Virus record (IMG/VR): IMGVR_UViG_3300034101_003866
Location: 1 to 64,000 of that record
Strand: one strand, 5' to 3'
Source: a virus
DNA: 64,000 nt
Below the pieces are notes generated by a model. The model was not told where the DNA came from. It did no database searches and worked only from the letters and a program-made list of their open reading frames with translations. The position numbers and the translations under genes were made by a program. This document shows positions 58,553-64,000 of the stretch, piece after piece; position 1 is the stretch's first letter, and each line of letters opens with the position of its first letter.

Positions 58553-59020
58553 ATGAGACCATCATGGACTGATTACTTTTTAGGATTGGCAAAAGTTGTT
58601 TCTCAACGCAGCCATGACACCCAAACTCAGCACGGTTGTGTAATTACAGATAATCATAATAGAATATTGGGTGTTGGTTATAATGGCTTTGCTCGCGGTC
58701 TTGATGATACTAAATTACCAAATATTAGGCCAGAAAAATATCCATGGATGATTCATGCAGAAAGAAATGCTTTGTCTAATTGTATTGTTAGGCCAGATAA
58801 TGGAGTAGCATATGTTACCGGCCAATGCTGTAATGATTGTATCATGGCATTATGGCAGGAAGGTGTGACAAAAGTATTTATGGCCGATGACCACGGAACA
58901 AAATTGTTTGACAGTGAAGCGAAAAATAGATTTGATACATTTGTAGATATGAGTGGTATAGAAATTTTTTATATTAAGCCAGATCTATCTTGGCTCAAAG
59001 GGTTGTGTGGTGTATTATGA
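58553..59020 (+). CDS. dCMP deaminase (ComEB-like)
   Basis: RPSWTDYF, GYNG, HAERNA, CCNDC. Confidence 0.9.
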   Translation: MRPSWTDYFLGLAKVVSQRSHDTQTQHGCVITDNHNRILGVGYNGFARGLDDTKLPNIRPEKYPWMIHAERNALSNCIVRPDNGVAYVTGQCCNDCIMALWQEGVTKVFMADDHGTKLFDSEAKNRFDTFVDMSGIEIFYIKPDLSWLKGLCGVL

Positions 59021-59154
59021 ATGCATTAGTATATTATATATCATGTGGAATATATTTCTACAACAGGTGGTTTAATGGTAGCTCAGAAACTACAAATCTT
59101 TCTTTTCAAGCCACTGTCTTAATAGGCATAATTGTAATTTTAAATAGGAGATAA
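59017..59154 (+). CDS. 45-aa hydrophobic protein not in the ORF track
   Basis: MNALVYYISCGIYFY...ATVLIGIIVILNRR; ATGA overlap upstream; ends 1 nt before nrdJ. Confidence 0.5.
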   Translation: MNALVYYISCGIYFYNRWFNGSSETTNLSFQATVLIGIIVILNRR

Positions 59155-59155
59155 T

Positions 59156-61345
59156 ATGTCGGCACTTCAAGAACTTCAGAATTATACATTTGTTAGTAAG
59201 TATGCTCGTTGGATAGAAGATAAGAATCGCAGAGAAACTTGGAAGGAAGCTGTTGATCGCGTCAAGAACATGATGCATACCCAATATCCAGGCGTTAAAG
59301 AAGATATCGATTGGGCATACGATATGATGTATAAGAAGAAGGTTCTAGGTAGCCAGAGAGCGCTCCAATTTGGTGGCGAACCAATCCTAAAAAGACACGC
59401 CAAAATATATAACTGCACAAGCTCTTATTGTGACCGACTTCGCTTTTTCCAAGAGTGTTTCTGGCTACTCTTATGCGGTAGTGGAACAGGATTTAGTGTT
59501 CAAAAGCACCACGTTTCTAAACTACCAACATTAGAACATGAGATTCCTGACAATAACGAAGGAATCAAATATGTAATCGAAGACAGTATTGAAGGTTGGG
59601 CAGACGCTCTAGGTGTTCTTCTTAGCTCGTACTTTAGTAAGCCAATTGAAGAATTCAAAATGTACAAAAATACCTATGTTGTTTTTGATTATTCAAATAT
59701 TCGACCAAAAGGATCATCATTAGCTAGTGGAGTAGGAAAGGCTCCTGGATTCGAGCCACTACAAAATGGACTAGAGAAAATCAGAACTCTGCTAGATCGT
59801 TGTATTGCTAATGGTCAAAAGAAACTACGACCAGTTGATGCGTATGATATTGTTATGCATAGTAGTGATGCCGTTTTGAGCGGTGGAGTTAGACGCTCTG
59901 CTAGTCTTGCTTTGTTTAGTCCTGACGATGAAGAAATGGCAAAAGCAAAAACTGGTAATTGGTATATAGACAACCCACAAAGAGCACGAAGTAATAATTC
60001 GGCACTTCTACTTAAAAACGAAACAACACTGGAAGAGTTTCAAGAATTAATGGAGAGCGTTAAAGAATTCGGAGAACCCGGATTTATTTGGAGCGACTCA
60101 ACAGAAATGACATTTAATCCTTGCGTAGAAGTTGGAATGTGGCCAGTTGATGAAGAGACTGGAAAGAGCGGATGGCAGGGATGTAATCTGTCTACTATCA
60201 ACTGCTCATCTATTGAAGATGAAGATGATTTTTATGAAAGATGCAAAGCCGCTGCTATTATAGGAACTCTACAAGCTGGATTCACTAAGTTAGATTATCT
60301 TGGAGAGATTACTTGCAGAATCTTTGAAAGAGAAGCTCTACTCGGAGTTTCATTAACTGGAACAATGGAAAAGCATGATCTTATTCTTTCAGAAAAGGTT
60401 CTTCGTGCTGGAGCTAAGATTGCAGTTGAAACAAATAAAGATCTTTCCAAAAAGATCAAAATTAATCAAGCAGCAAGAGTAACTTGCTTAAAGCCAGAAG
60501 GAACAAGTTCTAGTATGCTTGGAACAAGCTCCGGTATCCACCCACATCATGCTAAACGATATATAAGACACGTACAGGCCAATGTTTTAGAAGCGCCTTA
60601 CCAACACTTCAAAAAACTAAATCCGCAAGCCTGTGAAAAATCTAGTTGGTCAGCAAACAACACAGACGAGGTAATTAAGTTCCCAATAGAAGTACCAGAC
60701 GGTGCTAAATTAAAGAATCAACTACCGGCCGTTGAAATGTTGTCTATTGTCAAAGACACTCAAAAGAACTGGGTTCAAAGCGGCAAGAATAGATCGTTAT
60801 GTACACAAGAATATTTGAGTCATAATGTTAGCAATACTGTAACTGTTAAGCCAGATGAATGGGACGATGTTACAAAATATATTTATGATAATCGTAAGTA
60901 TTTTGCTGGTATCAGTTTAATTCCACAAAGTGGAGACAAAGACTATACTCAGGCTCCATTCACAACAGTTTATACTAGTCGTGAAATAGTTAAAGAATAT
61001 GGTGACGCTGCACTATGGTGCTCTGGATTAATTGAGTTAGGATTGAATGCTTTCAATAATAATCTATGGGCAGCCTGTGACTATGTTAGTATGAATCAAG
61101 CAAAAGATAATGATAGTCAAGATAAACTTTTATTTATAAATAAAATGAAAACCTTTGCTGGAAAATATTTTGATGGAGATACTAAGCGTCTAACATATTG
61201 CATGAAAGACGTTTACAATTGGAAAGTATACTGTGATCTTTATAATGGATTTAAGAAAGTAGACTATACACAACTATTAGAAGATGAAGACAATACTATC
61301 GGCATAGAAGAAATTAGTTGTGCTGGTGGTGCGTGTTTACTATAA
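59156..61345 (+). CDS. nrdJ: class II (adenosylcobalamin-dependent) ribonucleotide reductase, monomeric RTPR type
   Basis: RRETW, YNC, GSGTGF, GGVRRSA, NPCVE, CNL, KPEGT, HNVSNTV, C-terminal CAGGAC; AGGAG RBS. Confidence 0.92.
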   Translation: MSALQELQNYTFVSKYARWIEDKNRRETWKEAVDRVKNMMHTQYPGVKEDIDWAYDMMYKKKVLGSQRALQFGGEPILKRHAKIYNCTSSYCDRLRFFQECFWLLLCGSGTGFSVQKHHVSKLPTLEHEIPDNNEGIKYVIEDSIEGWADALGVLLSSYFSKPIEEFKMYKNTYVVFDYSNIRPKGSSLASGVGKAPGFEPLQNGLEKIRTLLDRCIANGQKKLRPVDAYDIVMHSSDAVLSGGVRRSASLALFSPDDEEMAKAKTGNWYIDNPQRARSNNSALLLKNETTLEEFQELMESVKEFGEPGFIWSDSTEMTFNPCVEVGMWPVDEETGKSGWQGCNLSTINCSSIEDEDDFYERCKAAAIIGTLQAGFTKLDYLGEITCRIFEREALLGVSLTGTMEKHDLILSEKVLRAGAKIAVETNKDLSKKIKINQAARVTCLKPEGTSSSMLGTSSGIHPHHAKRYIRHVQANVLEAPYQHFKKLNPQACEKSSWSANNTDEVIKFPIEVPDGAKLKNQLPAVEMLSIVKDTQKNWVQSGKNRSLCTQEYLSHNVSNTVTVKPDEWDDVTKYIYDNRKYFAGISLIPQSGDKDYTQAPFTTVYTSREIVKEYGDAALWCSGLIELGLNAFNNNLWAACDYVSMNQAKDNDSQDKLLFINKMKTFAGKYFDGDTKRLTYCMKDVYNWKVYCDLYNGFKKVDYTQLLEDEDNTIGIEEISCAGGACLL

Positions 61346-61427
61346 GAACAATTTTACAACTTATACTTATAAAGGTGTATTATTATACAGTATTTTAATA
61401 CTCCTTATATAAGAAAAAGGGCACACA

Positions 61428-62159
61428 TTGAGAAAAACCAATAAAAACTCAAAGAAAAAAACTAAGGTTATTGATGCGACAAATAGTTTGGAACCCAAAG
61501 GAGCAGCTTATAGAAATCGATTAAAACCAAGAACAGAAAACCAAAAAGAATACATAAGGACTGTTGCAGAAAATACTATTACGTTTTGTCAGGGCTTAGC
61601 TGGTAGTGGTAAAACACACATTGCTATCGGAATGGCTCTTGAATATCTTTTAGACGAAAAAGTAAAAAAGATTATTATCACAAGACCAATATTAGAAGCC
61701 GGAGAAAAAATGGGATATCTCCCAGGATCAGCAGAAGAAAAATTACATCCTTATCTATTACCAATACTAGATGAAATTGGACACTTCATAAGTTCAGCAC
61801 ATTATGCTTCACTAAGATTGAATAATAAAGTTGAAGTAGTGCCACTTGGACTCATGAGAGGTCGTAATTTTCATAATGCTTTTATTGTTGCCGACGAGTG
61901 CCAGAACGCATCATATGAACAATTAAAAATGTTAATAACAAGAACAGGACAATCTAGTAAAATGGTTTTAACTGGTGACGTTGCTCAGTCTGACCTAAGC
62001 AGACATCTGCAAGGTGGTTTTAGCGATATGATATCGGCCCTTAATGGAGTTGAAGGTATAGGCTATTCTAAATTAGAAGCCTCAGATATTGTAAGAAATC
62101 CAATTATCTCTAAAATCTTATATAGACTTGATGACTATGAGCAGCAAAGCCGAAAATAG
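61428..62159 (+). CDS. phoH: PhoH-family ATPase
   Basis: GLAGSGKT, ITRP, GYLPG, MRGRNF, DECQN, GDVAQSD, VRNP; TTG start. Confidence 0.93.
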   Translation: MRKTNKNSKKKTKVIDATNSLEPKGAAYRNRLKPRTENQKEYIRTVAENTITFCQGLAGSGKTHIAIGMALEYLLDEKVKKIIITRPILEAGEKMGYLPGSAEEKLHPYLLPILDEIGHFISSAHYASLRLNNKVEVVPLGLMRGRNFHNAFIVADECQNASYEQLKMLITRTGQSSKMVLTGDVAQSDLSRHLQGGFSDMISALNGVEGIGYSKLEASDIVRNPIISKILYRLDDYEQQSRK

Positions 62160-62727
62160 TAAATGCTTATTATTAAACGCAGACTATGCCCCTCTGAGAA
62201 TAATATCTTGGCAGAGGGCTATAGTTTGGTCTATTAGATATGAAGATAATAAAAATTACGGTATTGAAATATTATCCTATTATGAAGACAAGCATATTCA
62301 AGGATCTGCCGGAAAACAATATCCAGTTCCAGCAGTAGCTAAAACTATTAGGTTCTTTAATATGTATAATAGAAAGATTAGTTTTTCGAGACATAATTTA
62401 TTTATCAGAGATAATCATACATGTCAATATTGTGGAATTCAATTATGCTCCTCACAATTAACATATGATCATATAATTCCTAAATGTAGATTTAATGAGA
62501 ATAAAAAATTATCAACAAATTGGAACAACATAGTGACTGCCTGTAGACCTTGTAATCATAAAAAGGGTAATAGGACTCCAAAAGAAGCAGGAATGAGACT
62601 AATAAATTCACCAATAGAGCCAAATTACTCATTAGAGTACTTGCCTTGGTTTCAGGAAGTCTCTACTATAAGGGGTGGACCTTCGTATGAATTGTGGAAA
62701 CCTTTTATAAATATACAATATGCATGA
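62128..62727 (+). CDS. HNH endonuclease (McrA-like)
   Basis: LLLNADYAPL, RDNHTCQYCG, DHIIP, WNNIVTACRPCNHKKG. Confidence 0.9.
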   Translation: MMTMSSKAENSKCLLLNADYAPLRIISWQRAIVWSIRYEDNKNYGIEILSYYEDKHIQGSAGKQYPVPAVAKTIRFFNMYNRKISFSRHNLFIRDNHTCQYCGIQLCSSQLTYDHIIPKCRFNENKKLSTNWNNIVTACRPCNHKKGNRTPKEAGMRLINSPIEPNYSLEYLPWFQEVSTIRGGPSYELWKPFINIQYA

Positions 62728-63127
62728 TTTTATTTTTAATTCCAAACCATCAGACATATCAGAGATGTTTTATTGTTTGAAGGGCAAAGAAGACTTTATT
62801 GATATCGATGGAAATCCCAGAGTATCAGATAAAGACTCTGACATCATAGCTGCTAAATGTATACAAAACAAAAAATCAAAAAGTTTTCAAGCAGCATCAA
62901 ATAATTATAGTTACTATATCAGAACAACCCCAAATGCCGCATTGTTTAATCCAATAGAAAAACTATCTCCAATTAAAGATAAACGACAATTTGATTTTAT
63001 AGATTCTACCTGTAAGGATAAGTGGATGTTTGTTGAGGTTGGGAAAACAACATTTGATAAGTATATAAAATTTCTAGTCACAAAAAACATTTCTTGGCTA
63101 AAGGAAGCCAATAGAGACTTGAAGTAA
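62720..63127 (+). CDS. hypothetical protein (paralog of the 63816 ORF)
   Basis: shares DFIF...YC..G.E...D.DG.PR...AK with the downstream ORF. Confidence 0.7.
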   Translation: MHDFIFNSKPSDISEMFYCLKGKEDFIDIDGNPRVSDKDSDIIAAKCIQNKKSKSFQAASNNYSYYIRTTPNAALFNPIEKLSPIKDKRQFDFIDSTCKDKWMFVEVGKTTFDKYIKFLVTKNISWLKEANRDLK

Positions 63128-63129
63128 TT

Positions 63130-63474
63130 ATGCCGACTTATTCATATGGTTGCGAAAAATGTAGTGCTGAATTTGAGCTATTCTTTTATATTAAAGACTA
63201 TCAAAGCAGCCCCAAATGTTCTGGTTGTGGATCCAAACAGACATACAGATGTTATGTTAAGGATGTAGCAACACAGAATACGTCTGTTAAAAAGTCAGAT
63301 ACAGAATTAAAAACTATTGGAGATTTAGCCAATAGGAATAGAGACAAAATGAGTGAAGACGAAAAGATCGCCTTGCATAATAAACATAATTCCTATAAAG
63401 AAGAACAGTCAGTTAACGAACTGCCAAAAGGAATGAAAAGACTAAAGAAACAACCAAAGATTAAGTGGACATGA
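63130..63474 (+). CDS. FmdB-family Zn-ribbon protein
   Basis: MPTYSYGCEKC...FE...CSGCGS. Confidence 0.8.
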   Translation: MPTYSYGCEKCSAEFELFFYIKDYQSSPKCSGCGSKQTYRCYVKDVATQNTSVKKSDTELKTIGDLANRNRDKMSEDEKIALHNKHNSYKEEQSVNELPKGMKRLKKQPKIKWT

Positions 63475-63475
63475 T

Positions 63476-63823
63476 ATGAAAGAAATAACACCAGAAGAAA
63501 AAGATAGTATTATTAATGCTCTTGACAGCATTAGAAAGCAGATGAGTGGTCAAGATTTATCAGACTATATTTCTAAAGATAATACTAAGCTCATAGAGTG
63601 TAAGCATGAGATAGTGATTAGTGTTGTTGCTAGTATTTTTGAAGAAGACGATACTGGTAATCTCATTGGAGCTAAAGAAATATCTAAAAAGAACTATCAT
63701 ATTCCAGTTCCGTCAAATAAAAGATATGAAGACTATCTACATGGATTTTTTAACTTTTTAGAAAATTGTATGTCATCATCATTAGAAAAAGCAGAAGAAC
63801 AAGAGGAAACAAAAAATGGATGA
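63476..63823 (+). CDS. hypothetical protein
   Basis: operon ORF, 115 aa. Confidence 0.6.
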   Translation: MKEITPEEKDSIINALDSIRKQMSGQDLSDYISKDNTKLIECKHEIVISVVASIFEEDDTGNLIGAKEISKKNYHIPVPSNKRYEDYLHGFFNFLENCMSSSLEKAEEQEETKNG

Positions 63824-64000
63824 TTTTATTTTTAGTCCAAAACAAAAAACAGATTCGACAGATACCAACTATTATTGTATGGCTGGATCAGAAAACTATA
63901 CTGATGGAGATGGATTTCCAAGATCAGAAAAAGATGGAAAGAATGTTCTTGCTAAAAGAATATTCAAAACAAATTCTCAACCGCAATATTTTATTAAGAT
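63816..64000 (+). CDS. partial hypothetical protein running off the window
   Basis: ATG 63816 after GAGGA; MDDFIFSPKQK...YYCMAGSENYTDGDGFPR, open to the window end. Confidence 0.7.
   Translation, partial: MDDFIFSPKQKTDSTDTNYYCMAGSENYTDGDGFPRSEKDGKNVLAKRIFKTNSQPQYFIK

Noticed and set aside
59156-61345. Intein or intron in nrdJ, or HNH genes as intron-encoded mobile elements
   Set aside because: nrdJ is continuous at normal length, and both HNH genes are free-standing without an interrupted host gene
757-63111. Numerous short antisense or nested ORFs in the track (e.g. 2108-2452, 17722-18036, 39146-39442, 48514-48849)
   Set aside because: They overlap well-supported genes, lack RBS or motifs, and look like reverse-frame shadows
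1-64000. Stop-codon reassignment, as in some large phages
   Set aside because: Genes are full length under code 11, and TAA, TAG and TGA all end genes at sensible boundaries
1-64000. tRNA, rRNA or CRISPR arrays
   Set aside because: Intergenic gaps are short and I saw no cloverleaf, T-loop or repeat-spacer pattern
1-64000. Eukaryotic giant virus or cellular chromosome origin
   Set aside because: SD sites, sigma70 promoters, a sigma factor and coupled operons argue against a eukaryotic virus; the mosaic of tail-fibre, holin-like, nrdJ and phoH genes with no housekeeping operons argues against a chromosome, although no capsid gene is in the window

Overview
This is a gene-dense, AT-rich (roughly 30% GC by eye) segment, mostly on the + strand. 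It reads as part of a large (jumbo-type) dsDNA bacteriophage genome: it has Shine-Dalgarno sites, overlapping operons, sigma70-type promoters and the standard genetic code. No capsid, terminase or portal gene is visible in the window. Order of modules: (1) RepB'-like primase, small DNA-binding proteins, and a Zn-ribbon/RuvA-domain-III protein followed by RuvB; (2) a probable late operon with a membrane anchor, a volactin-like actin, three Thr/Pro mucin-like proteins (205, 3165 and 1116 aa), an HNH, and S1 and S8 proteases; (3) a large glycan synthesis/decoration region (GT60, HtrL, carbamoyltransferase, methyltransferases, RmlC/RmlD, B12 radical SAM, many GTs) with a macrodomain gene inside it; (4) nucleotide-pool genes (NDT-like, guaC, dCMP deaminase, nrdJ); (5) Bfr-like, PAP2, sigma factor, ClpP-like and DeoC-like genes; (6) structural/tail-fibre genes; (7) a membrane/lysis-like module with a papain-like protease; (8) an AT-richer GT cassette, phoH, HNH and FmdB-like genes. 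A Planctomycetota host is inferred from several protein styles but not proven. Top candidates for new biology: the phage actin plus membrane anchor, a phage mucin-type O-glycosylation system, a non-canonical RuvA-RuvB pair, and a GGTGTA promoter motif with a phage sigma factor. All family calls come from motif recognition by eye, without database searches.
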